This document shows, one piece after another, positions 51,196 to 63,591 of a stretch of 64,000 nt of DNA. The translations under genes and the position numbers were made by a program. The DNA is from Schmidtea nova. Its lineage: Eukaryota. How positions within the stretch are numbered: the stretch's first letter is position 1; each line of letters begins with the position of its first letter. The DNA lies in contig CM097882.1 of NCBI GenBank assembly GCA_044892505.1, positions 61,504,001 through 61,568,000 of the forward strand. Reading direction: 5' to 3'. Under the pieces are notes generated by a model. The model made no database searches. It saw only the letters and a list, made by a program, of their open reading frames with translations, and had not been told where the DNA came from.

Positions 51196-51801
51196 AAACA
51201 AAATGATAAAAATAAGAAAGTAAAAAATACTAAATGTAAGAATTATTTATTGTAAAATTGCTGCAGTGTAACTCCACTGAAAATAAAAAATTGAAAAAAA
51301 CAATGCCGAAAATTTGTATATCAATAAAAATATTTTTATATATGGTCTTTAAATATAAAATAATAGCTAAAATTGAAAAGAAAAGTCAAAGCTGGATAAA
51401 AGTAAAGTGTAAATGATTAAAGATTTGATAGGACCTCCTTGCAAATTTACCAATTTAATTTACATAATTTTCAAATTTTAATTATTTCTAATTCTCAAAC
51501 TGAGCAACCTTAACCCTTCCATGATTAAGTTGAAATCTGGCATATTTAAAAATACTTCATAAATTTTTATTTTGCTATTCCCATAATTGGAAGAACGCTT
51601 ATTTTCGAAATAAGTTTGCTTGTCTTTTATAAGATTGTTTTATTGACGATTTTCCGGGTTTAGTTTCCTCCCATTCACCATAATAATCGAGATTTTATTT
51701 TGGAATATCGTCTTTATAATATTATATATTCTTTGATAAAAGTCAATTATTAATTTTTTATTTATTTTTGTTTGTAGTTAACCTACGAGATGAACCTTTG
51801 C

Positions 51802-52140
51802 CTAGGGGTGTCAAACTCGTGGCCCGCAGTGAACCGTTTTCGAATATGAAAGGTAATAAGTCTCCTGTTAGAAACCGTATTAATGACGCTTACATGGGAT
51901 CAGTGTTGAAAGTCATCACTACAAACAAAGTTTCTCTCGAAACTGAAAGGATAGTAGCAGGGAAGATATCTCAAGTGTCAGTAAGTAAACATTTAATTTT
52001 TCTTGTTCTTTGATATGTTTATTTTAATGTATTATTCATAATAAACCTACGTTTCAATGAATCTAGATTTCTTTTGTGGCCCAGCTAAAGGTAACCCTTG
52101 CTTGTTTGCACAAGTTAGCCTATGTGTTTGACACCCTTGG
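51802..52140 (+). mobile_element. hAT-like MITE
   Basis: TIR-like CTAGGGGTGTCAAAC / CCAAGGGTGTCAAAC. No convincing TSD. Confidence 0.6.
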
Positions 52141-53719
52141 CCTACGCTGTCATTATGATTTAAAACATTTTAAAACTCTGACTTAATGCAAGATATAAAA
52201 CTGATCATTGGTGTCAATATTTATGTTATAATTATGTCATATAAATCTTTCAGAACATTTTTGTGAAATTTAGGCTTTATTGTATTTCAGCTCTAGTGAT
52301 TGGTAGACCTTCGTAATAATATCTTTGTGGTTTTGCCTTTGTCGGCTTCGATTTAGCCCAACTTCTCGATTTGTAATCAGTTTTTAATATAGTACACGTT
52401 AAGTTTGAAAGGAAAAATAATCTATAAAAATTAACAGTTTTAACAAAAATATAATAACTTTCTCAGAAATTTATTGCTGCTAAGTAATATTTCTGTAATT
52501 ATATCAATTTAAAGAAATTATATAAACAACTAACCTCAACTTAAACAACAAATTCAAAATATAATATTTATTTTATCTTTTGACATTTTCACCCCTTCCC
52601 ATAATTACAAAATTATTATTTACTAATTAATATTTTTATTATTCTAAATTTCTTAAATTATTAATAAATTAATTAAAATTTCTTTCATTATTAATTTTAA
52701 TTTGACCTTTATTTTTTCCTTACGACCAACTGCTTGAAAATACATGAAAATAAAAAAATTTAATAACTAATAGATATATTTTTGACTGTTAAGTATTCTT
52801 AATTATTAAACTTCGTTAAAAGATTACTTAAAAACTTCAATTTTTAATTAATATGTAATTAATATTGCTATATAGTGGATAAATTTAAAATTTTAATTCA
52901 CAATTTCTTTTAATAAAATCTATTCAATAGAAAAATCTTTCTCTAATTAGATAATTAATAAAATAATAAAATATTTGAAAATTTAATTAGGATTTCTCTC
53001 TTAAAAACTGAATGAAAACAAAACACAACAAAATCGATAAATGATATAAAAATACGTATAAATATAAAAGTTTACAAAATAATGAAATAAATAAAATATT
53101 TATCTGAGATCACAATTTCTATTATACTGTATATTCTGATTTGTCGTGCAAAAGGTATTGCACTATTTGATGCGTTACTGGCGAAATATTCACTTTTGTA
53201 CTTATTTAAAATATTAGCAAAATATAATCAGGATATTGTATTACATTAATACGGGGATTTTTAACCTTTTCAGTGGTCAGCAATCCCTTGAATCTGATAA
53301 TATGCTTTCGCACCCCTTTGAAAATTTTTTTTCTATCTTTGATTTCGGAAAATACATTTACGGCAAGATAATTTATTTATTGAATAAACAAATGAATACA
53401 TTTACAAATTTAAAGATTTATCTCGCTCCCGAGGGTTAGGAACTTTGAATAAATCAAAAATAACATCTAAACTCTAATTTGGCATAATTACTATTATATA
53501 CATGTTACTATTAAATACAAATAAACCAAAATTGAAGACGAAGTTGCTTATATTAAATGACACGATTTCTTTTAATAAGTANNNNNNNNNNNNNNNNNNN
53601 NNNNNNNNNNNNNNNNNNNNNNNNNNNNNNNNNNNNNNNNNNNNNNNNNNNNNNNNNNNNNNNNNNNNNNNNNNNNNNNNNNNNNNNNNNNNNNNNNNNN
53701 NNNNNNNNNNNNNNNNNNN

Positions 53720-53850
53720 TATGTATATTATGTATATTATGTTTATGTATATTATGTATATTATGTATATTATGTATATTATGTATATTATGTATATTAT
53801 GTATATTATGTATATTATGTATATTATGTTTATGTTTATGTTTATAAGTA
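53720..53850. repeat. 9-bp minisatellite (ATGTATATT)n adjoining a gap and a (TA)n run
   Basis: Read directly. Confidence 0.9.
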
Positions 53851-53851
53851 T

Positions 53852-53913
<62 letters not shown>

Positions 53914-55229
53914 ATTTTTAATTTTAATTCTATGTTATCTCATTAAAACAAAGTTCACTAGGCTTTACTTTCTTTTTTGTCACAACTATGACTATTATAA
54001 TTTCATAAATAAAAGAATATTAACTAATTATTTTTAATATATTTTGTCAAAAGACAAATTTTACTGATAAAGTTGATAGATATTTTACTATCCAAAAGTA
54101 TTTTTATTATTTAGTTAGTAAGTCAAAGAGCTAGTAAGACTTAGGAACCTTGTTACAAATTTAAGAACTGATAAAGAAAACTTGAATATTACAACAAAAG
54201 CATCTTAATGACTTGATCAGAGACCTTGATATCCCCGACTAATGATATGTTTTAAATACTTATCTCAAACAGTAAACTTGTAGAATAAAATGATGTAAGT
54301 CAAAAATATTTCAGTTTCACCAACAATAAAAAATCTAGGTTTTTGATAAATAAAAGTGACTTAAAATGTTATTGATATTTGTTTTAAATTGAGCATTACC
54401 TCAAATATTAACTAGTGTTTCTAGCCTTAAACCCCTCTTCAAAACCTTTCAAAAATTAATTAAATCATAATTGTACTTATTTTCATTTTTATTCATATAA
54501 TTATTTTTTTTGAGTTATTATCTCAATAACAATTTAAAGAAACAAGTAATTAACTGCAATACACCTATTACATTATAATGTTTTTCGTTATTATTTTAAT
54601 AAACAATGAAATCTTTTAGAAATATCTATTTAAGCCTGTCTTTATTAAGAAAACAGGTTTAATCAAAATTGCATTTTATGACAGAAAATATTGATATTTC
54701 TAACAATATTGTGCAAATCCTTTTGAATTCTTTAGGGAGAATTTGAAAAGAAACTANNNNNNNNNNNNNNNNNNNNNNNNNNNNNNNNNNNNNNNNNNNN
54801 NNNNNNNNNNNNNNNNNNNNNNNNNNNNNNNNNNNNNNNNNNNNNNNNNNNNNNNNNNNNNNNNNNNNNNNNNNNNNNNNNNNNNNNNNNNNNNNNNNNN
54901 NNNNNNNNNNNNNNNNNNNNNNNNNNNNNNNNNNNNNNNNNNAAAACGTAATACGCAATAAGTAGCAAAATTTTCAAACTTTAATCACTTATTTTTAAAA
55001 TTAAACCACACCTACATATATTCATACTAATATAAAAATATGAAAGTAAATGATACGTTATTTAGAATTTAGTATGTCAGAAAATTACTATGTAAACTTA
55101 TCTCGGCTTTATAACCAGGTTTTGGTTTAAAAATAATTTTTAAATAAAAAAATAAATAACTTATATATAAATTAAAAAAATCAGCATTTCAATATCACAG
55201 TAAAAAAGTATTGACGAAAATTATATATT

Positions 55230-55421
55230 CAGGTAACCTTCATTTAACGCGGTTTACTGGTTCCATGTTATCAAAAACCGGGTTAAATAAAACTAAAAAT
55301 TTACATATGATAAAAAAGTTATAATAAGAAAAAAAGTTAAAAATTTAATTATATTTTGAAAAAAATTATCTAGCATTTAAAATAATTTTAGTTTAACAAC
55401 CGCGTTAAACGAGGGTTATTG
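55230..55421. mobile_element. pogo/Tigger-like MITE, degenerate
   Basis: CAGGTAACCTTCATTTAACGCGGTT versus inverted CAATAACCCTCGTTTAACGCGGTT. Confidence 0.55.
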
Positions 55422-56090
55422 AAAATTTCCTAATTAATAAAATGCTGACATATGGAAAATGAATTTCAAAAGTCGTTAGTAAACATTTGGATTTATTATT
55501 AAAGGATTTTATTTATTTTCATTTTATTCAGACAGTAGATCAAATTCATTTTCTGTGGAATAGAAGAAAAAATAATAATTTTGATATATATTTTGAAAGA
55601 AATAAAAAAAGTATATGTTCAATGGCTTTGCAATTATGCGTAAACCTTTGTCATCTTTACTATGGCCTTGATAGAGTAAATTTCGCACTTAAGTGTTTAT
55701 TTTTATTTTATTCTATTTAAATTTAATCAGTTTTTAATAATTTTCTTTTCTGATAAACCACTAATTGACAAAACATTAAGTTTTAATCAAAGTTTATTTT
55801 AAATATCTAATAATATTTATATTATAAAGTAAACATAATCAATTTAATTAAAAAGAACTAAATTTCAAGGTTACATTAGTAAGAAGGTAATACCCCCCCC
55901 TACAAATGAAAAAGTGAGTTGACGGGAAAAGGTAATAAAATTTTAGGAAATTTGAGGGTGGAAAAAATTTATAATATTGTAAAGTAAAATTAACTGTATT
56001 TTTCAAAATTTATTGACGAAATTTATTTTAGGAAAGTTGTTTTTCACTTCAATAATTGTTACTTATTTTTCTTTATCTACAACTTTAACT

Positions 56091-56633
56091 TCAATATATA
56101 TTTTTCCAAGTGGTTCGCCGCATCCAGCTCCGATTTGGTAATTTTTTATTTTTACGAATCTTCTTTTCTTCATAGCTTTTAACTTCCAACTGTTTTCCAC
56201 CGACCGCAGCAGCTCGACAACCAGTTACAAATATACTGGGATCGGTTTTGAATAACAGTGGCTTATCCATCTCCTTATCATAAAAAAATGCGATCATTGA
56301 ACAGCCTAGTTACCTGATTACAGCTGATTGAGTGTACAATTGATTAATATCGGTAATACATCGACAAGTCATGTCACAGGACATTTCGCACTTAAATTGT
56401 GCAGCTTTCCTTTGTGCACGACATACTTGCGATCCGCAATCAGGAATCATTCCGGTCCTAACTCTACCGGTACTTTCAGTTATGTTAAAAAATCTTGTAG
56501 CTGAACTCTTTTCATTCATTTTATCTGGGACTTTTCTTTGTGTAGCAACTACGCCACAATCATTATCTCGAACACCAACAGAAAGTAATCCATCTAACGC
56601 AATCGCTTTAAATGCCTATTCGACCTGAAATAA
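56091..56633 (-). pseudogene. PSMA6: Intronless proteasome subunit alpha type-6 pseudogene fragment
   Basis: One continuous frame LFQVE*AFKAI..GLLSVGVRDNDCGVVATQRKVPDKM..TGMIPDCGSQVCRA..DMTCRCITDINQLYTQSAVIR*LGCSMI..FKTDPS..GCRAAAVGGKQLE, with two in-frame stops. Confidence 0.9.
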
Positions 56634-57123
56634 TTTGAATTCAAGAACATAACGGAAGTCCAAATTCCAAAACGAAACCAAATCGAAAAGTCCAATTTTA
56701 TTCGAACCACATTTGTAATCCATTTACATTGCAATCAGCTTCCAATAAATTCCAAACTCCAAAATTCGAAATACCAAAATCACATTAAGCAAAAATATTA
56801 AATTTTAAAGTTCGCTTAAATACGTTAAAATAACACAGTTAAACAAATCATTTTAATTCCACATCAGCTAATCAATTAATAAAACCACTTCTTAAATCAA
56901 CCACCAAAAAAAACCCATAAAAAATAGCCCAGCTAAACAACTCTTTTAAAAGTCCTGTTTTTAATTAAATTCTAAAAAATCGAAACATTCCAATTCATAA
57001 TTTCATCGATAAATTTTTTCTAGAAGAGAAAATTCAACCACTCGCGTCTGTGTGCGCACACCAATCACAATAGATATAACACCACCACCACGCACACAGA
57101 CGCGACGAAATGCATCGACATCG

Positions 57124-57201
57124 AGCTCCCTTGTTGATAAGAAATGCCACTAATTCAAGATGATTTTCTTGAGCTGCCATATAAAGGGGCGTAAATTCAT
57201 T
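57124..57201 (-). pseudogene. Isolated fragment of the membrane-skeleton ankyrin repeat region
   Basis: [26 protein letters not shown] is nearly the conserved [22 protein letters not shown].NGA of ANK1-3/unc-44. No intact splice sites. Confidence 0.85.
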
Positions 57202-57249
57202 TGTTGAATGTAAATTGCAACTGATAAATTGAAACATAAGATTTATATA

Positions 57250-57520
57250 GATTTCGATAAGTCCGATTACCGGCTTCCTGGCTCGCCCTACAATCTCTCA
57301 CAGCAATCAAGCACCCAATTAATTATTTTAATATTATTTAATTATTTTTAAAAATATTTTAATAAGATGGTAAATAGGCATCATTTCTCAAAATAATTTC
57401 CTTCTGCACTGACACAATTTCCCCAGCAATTAATGAGGTTTTCGAAGGCGTTTTCGAAGAATTCTGGAGGCTTTTCTCCCAGAAAACTCTCCACAGCTGC
57501 TCTAAAATCATGTTTGTTGG
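57250..57520 (-). mobile_element. mariner transposase C-terminal fragment and 3' end
   Basis: DFRAAVESFLGEKPPEFFENAFENLINCWGNCVSAEGNYFEK*, followed by TIR-like ccggtaatcggacttat. Confidence 0.75.
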
Positions 57521-57529
57521 CAAACACCT

Positions 57530-57620
57530 GGCCACTTGTACTTCACTTGTACTTCAGTATCTAATAAACACTCTATTTTCAAACATTTTATATAAGGCGT
57601 TACACTAGATCTAGCTTGCA
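57530..57620 (-). pseudogene. Retroviral-type aspartic protease fragment
   Basis: TPYIKCLKIECLLDTEVQV resembles the LLDTGAQV active-site motif. Confidence 0.5.
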
Positions 57621-57752
57621 TCTTGTTAAACGTTATCCTTAGGTCTTCTTTTTCTATTATGGTCGTATCTGTAATTTCAATGATGCATTGAAAAGCGTGG
57701 CTCAAAATTTTGAGTCTATGTGTGTGCGTTTTTGCTTTAAATTTGTATGCTA

Positions 57753-57972
57753 GCGTCTGTGTGCGCACTGATTCCATTTTTCGTGTCTCGCGTCTGTGTG
57801 CGTTGGAGTATATGATTTATACGCGTCTGTGTGCGCAGTATATAATTTTTGTTCTCACGTCTGTGTGCGCGTTGTGTTTTTAGTGGTATTGCGTCTGTGT
57901 GCGCGTTGGGTTTTTAGTGGTATTGCGTCTGTGTGCGCGTTGTGTTTTTAGTGGTATTGCGTATGTGTCGCA
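57753..57972. repeat. Array of GCGTCTGTGTGCG motifs with ~34-bp period, 7 copies
   Basis: Starts at 57753, 57790, 57823, 57857, 57891, 57925, 57959. Two further copies, in opposite orientations, lie at ~57045 and ~57092. Confidence 0.9.
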
Positions 57973-58250
57973 TTATGATTTTCTTTGCTTCTGCGTCTGG
58001 AATTTTTTATGGATTTTGGTTTGTTGTTTTATTAATCCAATTTAGAAATTAGAAGTGTCTGGGAATTTAGAATTTTTGTTTGGTGTAGTTGAATTTAAAA
58101 TAAACGTTTTTGTTTTTTGAAAATATGTTTTGTTAGATATTCATTTACGATTTAATACCAATTTGTTGGATACTGATTCGTTGTTGATTTCGACAATTTG
58201 ACTTTAATTCCATTCCAATTTCAATCCCGAAGAGCAATATAAACATCTGA

Positions 58251-58754
58251 AATATAAATGCCATAAATTATGTTGATCATGAAAAGTCTAACTCAACAGA
58301 TTCGTTAGTGAGTAAAGATGGTATCATAGCAGGTTCCAAAGCCGATGATGATAGATTTACAGATGCAAGAAAAGATGAACAGGGAAGATGTATAATCATA
58401 AAATCTACAGCTATTTCTATGTACAATGAAATGCCTGAAGTCAGTTTAGGTACTCTCAAATTTGGTCAACCTGTAACGTTATGTGACGATGGAAAAACTG
58501 ACAAAAAAGGATTTTTAATCAAGTTAGTCGATTCTTCTGGCCACATTGATTTCAGTAGTGAAATGGAAGCGTTATTGCGAGTTAATGATGTAACACTTGT
58601 TTTTGTGAATTTTGTTTTAGGAGTCTGCGTTCGAACCGAGATTTTATTGCGACAGGCTATTGCTGAACAAATCAAACCGGTGTTGTTCACGAATAAAATG
58701 GATATGGCAGTTCAAAGTTTACATTGCGCACCGTACAATCGTACCTCTATCTAA
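58251..58754 (+). pseudogene. EEF2: Intronless eukaryotic elongation factor 2 G-domain fragment with degenerate motifs
   Basis: VDHEKS (for VDHGKS), [65 protein letters not shown]. Ends at a (TA)n run. Confidence 0.92.
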
Positions 58755-58758
58755 ATGT

Positions 58759-58816
<58 letters not shown>

Positions 58817-59040
58817 CGTCTCAAAGCATATCTTGACAAAGCCTGTTCTTTTGGATATTCCTCATAGAATCAAACTATCTCATTTCTATATATCTTCCGT
58901 AACTTTCCATCTTTATTCTCAATTACGGTTTTCTCTTTTCTTTTGTATTGATTTTCTTCTGAATTTCTTTAAACTTGACTTTGTTGTTCGTAAACTTTTC
59001 TCACTTTTATTTTGTTTTGTATTTGTTCTTTATATATAGA

Positions 59041-59275
59041 TAATTTTTTTATATTAATATCAATAATTCCCATAATGAATGACTATAGATGAATGATTTT
59101 AAGTACACAATATTTCGGCATAGCCTTTATCAAGTGTGTATACACTTGATAAAGGCTGTGCCGAAATATTGTGTACTTATTTAACGAAATTTTGATCTAT
59201 AGTCATTCATTATGGGAATTATTGATATTAATATTAAAAAAGATGAAAGGTGAAACAAAAAGATAATTATCATAA
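59041..59275 (+). mobile_element. PLE hairpin element (variant subfamily) with an HHR motif in each arm
   Basis: Near-perfect arms around a gtat centre. Plus-strand TACAC-TTGATAA-AGGCTGTGCC-GAAA-TATT-GTGTA; tail on the right. Confidence 0.88.
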
Positions 59276-60198
59276 TTTTTTTAATATTGATACATTGGTC
59301 GATTTCTTATCTTGGTGTTAGTGTAATATTTAATTGCCTTATGTCGTGGTCTTTAACATCTTCTGAAATATGTAATTGTGCGACTTCGTCTAATATAATC
59401 TCGTTACAACATGTAAAGTATTACACCTTTTTCTCAAGTTACATTATCTGGGAAATGCTTCATTTTGTGGAATCTCCAACTCGCCAATCGTTTTGAGTTT
59501 TGTTTCAGTTTCTCCATGCCACACATTTCTATAACTACTGATGTTATTATTTTTATTATTGTTTCTTTCTTCTCCTTGGCTGTTTTCAGCTTTCAAAGCA
59601 ATATTTTTTTAAGCTCTTTGTCTTTAGCCCAATGTGTTAAGAAACATTTTTCAATTTTTTCCTTATCCTATTCATGGTCTGCTAATCTTTTTGACATTTT
59701 CTTTATAAAGACTTCTGTTGACTCATTCCCTTGTATATATTTTAAGGCCGCTGTTAATCCATTTATCAGTATTGTCAGATTTTGAAGGCTCCTCTAAATT
59801 TTATGGTTTTTTCTTTGGGTGTATAAAAAATCTTCTCTCAGTTTGTCGTCAATAATTGAAATTGTAGCTGTCGACTGCATTTCAATAGGAATTTTTGTCA
59901 TTTCGAAGAATCATTGTCATGCGTTGATGAAGTACTCAATGTACTTACTTTTTAAAAATCTGACAGCTACTACTTTTCCAATCAGTATATCCGTGCGCGG
60001 GATTGCCATGTTAATTGCAACAGAATTTCTGTATTTATTTTACGTTGTAAATCGTAAATTAAGTTCAAATATAAAAAATATGTTTCGTAAAATGCTGTTA
60101 TTCAAATAAACTATCTGAGACATTTAAATTTCGATACTGTTAATCATACTTTTAATTTTTTTAAATTTTAAACATACAAACAAAGTTAAAATATTTAA

Positions 60199-60449
60199 TT
60201 ATTATTATCAATAATTCTCATAATGATGACTATACATCAAATTTTTTTTTAAACAATACCACAATATTTCCGCACAGCCTTTATCAAGTGTGTAAATACG
60301 CAAGTGTGTAAATACACACTTGATAAAGGCTGTGCCGAAATATTGTGGTATTGTTTAAAAAAAAATTTTGATCTATAGTCATCATTATGAGAATTATTGA
60401 TAATAATAATAAAAAAAAGATCAAAGGTGAAAAAAGATAATTATGATAA
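60199..60449 (+). mobile_element. PLE hairpin element with a duplicated centre
   Basis: ~90-bp arms; centre caagtgtgtaaatac-g-caagtgtgtaaatac; tail aaagatcaaaggtgaaaaaagataattatgata on the right. Confidence 0.88.
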
Positions 60450-60662
60450 AATATTTGAATTTATAAATTAAAAATTTTGGCGAGTACACATATTAAAGTT
60501 GTTAAAATTAAAATATTAATCAGACAAATCTTATTATAATTTAAAATAACATTTTAAAATTTTAAATACTTATTACACAGATTTTCTCTCACAATTAACA
60601 AAGATTTCTACAAATACCAATAGAGACGAAAAGAACATTATAGCCAAACTATTTGTAAAAGT

Positions 60663-62413
60663 ATTATCAATAATTCTCATAATGACTATAGATCAAATTT
60701 TTTTTATAAACAATAACACAATATTTCGGCACAGCCTTTATCAAGTGTGTATTTCTATCGTTATATTTACTTAATCCTAAATAGTAGCCTTAATTATTTT
60801 TTTAATATTTTATAATGATTTTATTGGATGAAAAAAATTATTTTAATTTTTTTGTGCGAATTGAATGTTGATGGACGGTTTGTATTTTTTTATGTAAAAA
60901 GTCTCGGAAGCTAATCTTTGTAATGAATCTTTGAATCCCTCTTGTAGAATCTGGCATTTTGTTTCTTCTATAGATGGAGTTGTTTTATGTACTTTCTCCC
61001 AGTGTTCGTAATAATTACTGGTTTTGTTTTTAGTGTGTTCATTAAGTCGGGTGCGAAAAGTTCTATGTGTTTCTCCTATGTAAGTAGCGTCACATTTTTG
61101 ACAAGAAAGTTTATATACTATATTTTTGGAAAAGCAAAAGCATCGGGTTGTGGAACGGCAAAGACATTTATGTTTGGAGATGTTGGAAATTAGTGGCTTT
61201 CGGAGTTGTGATTTTAACGGTGCGGAGGTTATGAACGTTGGACGGATGTGGATAGGCAAATCTGTTTGATTAAAAATGTTGGTGATTTTGTTGGCTGTAG
61301 TGTCATTTAGGAAAGGTAATCTTAGATATGTTGTGTGTTTGTTATTGTTATTGTGTTTCTGGCGTTTCCTATTGTTGCGTTTATTGTGGTATGGTTCGTT
61401 AAGGAAGTGTTTCTTTACAAAGTCTTCAGGGTATCCATTTTGGAGGAATCGTATTTTGAAGTTTTCTAATGTTTCTTGTATTTTGTTTGAGTCTGAACAG
61501 TTTCTTATGGCTCTTTTTCTTTCTCCTATTAGTAATGCGATTTTGCGTTGAAGTGGAACGTAGCTTTTCCATGGGAGGATATGACCACTATGTAAACTTT
61601 TAGAATATAGCTCGGTGTTTGCATTTAGTGTATCTTGGCCTTTTGTGAAACTTACCATGGTATCTAAAAACGGTATTTTACCTTCTGTGTTCGGTGTTTC
61701 AAAAGTGATTAAGATTACCTTTCCTAAATGACACTACAGCCAACAAAATCACCAACATTTTTAATCAAACAGATTTGCCTATCCACATCCGTCCAACGTT
61801 CATAACCTCCGCACCGTTAAAATCACAACTCCGAAAGCCACCAATTTCCAACATCTCCAAACATAAATGTCTTTGCCGTTCCACAACCCGATGCTTTTGC
61901 TTTTCCAAAAATATAGTATATAAACTTTCTTGTCAAAAATGTGACGCTACTTACATAGGAGAAACACATAGAACTTTTCGCACCCGACTTAATGAACACA
62001 CTAAAAACAAAACCAGTAATTATTACGAACACTGGGAGAAAGTACATAAAACAACTCCATCTATAGAAGAAACAAAATGCCAGATTCTACAAGAGGGATT
62101 CAAAGATTCATTACAAAGATTAGCTTCCGAGACTTTTTACATAAAAAAATACAAACCGTCCATCAACATTCAATTCGCACAAAAAAATTAAAATAATTTT
62201 TTTCATCCAATAAAATCATTATAAAATATTAAAAAAATAATTAAGGCTACTATTTAGGATTAAGTAAATATAACGATAGAAATACACACTTGATAAAGGC
62301 TGTGCCGAAATATTGTGTTATTGTTTATAAAAAAAATTTGATCTATAGTCATTATGAGAATTATTGATAATAATAATAAAAAAAGATCAAAGGTGAAAAA
62401 AGATAATTATGAT
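60663..62413. mobile_element. Recent 5'-truncated, 5'-inverted Penelope-like insertion: two head-to-head copies ending in HHR arms
   Basis: Minus copy ~60663-61709 (GKIPFLD, H..SGH, GIY-YIG NIVYKLSCQKCDATYIGETHRTFRTRLNEH) and plus copy 61710-62413. The two shared peptides differ at one residue (KPLIS/KPPIS). Confidence 0.93.
62281..62322 (+). ncRNA. Minimal type I hammerhead motif (U3:A8 variant) in the 3' pLTR
   Basis: AATACACAC-TTGATAA-A-GGCTGTGCC-GAAA-TATT-GTGTTATT. Confidence 0.72.
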
Positions 62414-63525
62414 ATTTGTAAAAGATTTAGAATATTAAAATGTTGAATATTATCTTTCATTTTATACATTTTCTGTGATACTGAATGGTTTTCTGTTAAT
62501 TTACAACATGTTTTATTGCAAATGGTTCAATAATTTTATATTAGTAAATAAATTTAATTGTAAAATGTACTGTCAAAAAACTGATAAATTTCTTGGCATT
62601 TATAATTGAATATCAATTCCTCAAATTGTTCTCTAATTTTGCCCAAATTTTCATATGACTTTGTCTAAAAGTGTTTTTAATTATTTTTCTTGCAAATATA
62701 GCTTGACGAAATAATGATAATCTTTACGTTTTCAATTTCTGTTGTTCAATTTCTGTTCAATATGATGTTGACCTTTTTCTGAATTTTATGACCAGTGTCT
62801 TTCAACACCCCAAATAGTCTAAAAAGTTTATTTATAATAATAGTAATTATTGCATAATTTTGGTAACTGCGGAATTTCAATTATATTCGAACTTATCCCA
62901 TAAGAACCAATAATTTGGTAAGATTGAAAAGGCAAAATTTTCAACGAAAAATCTTTCCAATTATTTAAGATTTGTTAGAAAATTATAGCCAAGACCTACG
63001 AAAAGAAAATTCAATTATCTTGAATTAAACGAAAAGTGTCGCATAAGCAGATTCAAAATGATTATTAAAAATTTAAAGGCTATTTGGATCCAAATGTTGA
63101 CGTTCCCTGTTATAACATCAAAGTTTATAAATTGAGAAAAGTAGAAAATTTATTATCTGACCACGACAGCTTTATAAACCTTCCTGGCGAAATGAAAAAA
63201 AAAGAAATATTTACCCATACTTGTGTAGCAAAACAATGAAGAAATGTAATTTTATGATAAACAAGTAATAAATGATGGAAAAGTAGGTTACACCATGGCC
63301 AAATGCATGCCATTTATTAATCGTAAAGTAGAGGTCATAACCAACTGACCCATTATTTGATTCCTAGGATAAAACGAGAGCTTCCTCATCTAAAACCCAG
63401 AAAATAGCACATATCTTAAGTGACAATAAAAAATATGAACCCCCTTAAAAATAAATTACTTCGCATCACCAAACAAAAGCTGCAACAGAAATATCGTAAT
63501 TAAAATGAAAAATGAAAATTAAAGA

Positions 63526-63587
<62 letters not shown>

Positions 63588-63591
<4 letters not shown>

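Noticed and set aside
57753-57972. Repeat-spacer pattern suggestive of a CRISPR array
   Set aside because: The repeat is only ~13 bp, later spacers are near-identical to each other, the context is eukaryotic, and there are no cas genes.
63125-63525. Compositionally distinct block before the (TA)n run
   Set aside because: Not identifiable; joins at long (TA)n tracts are prone to misassembly.
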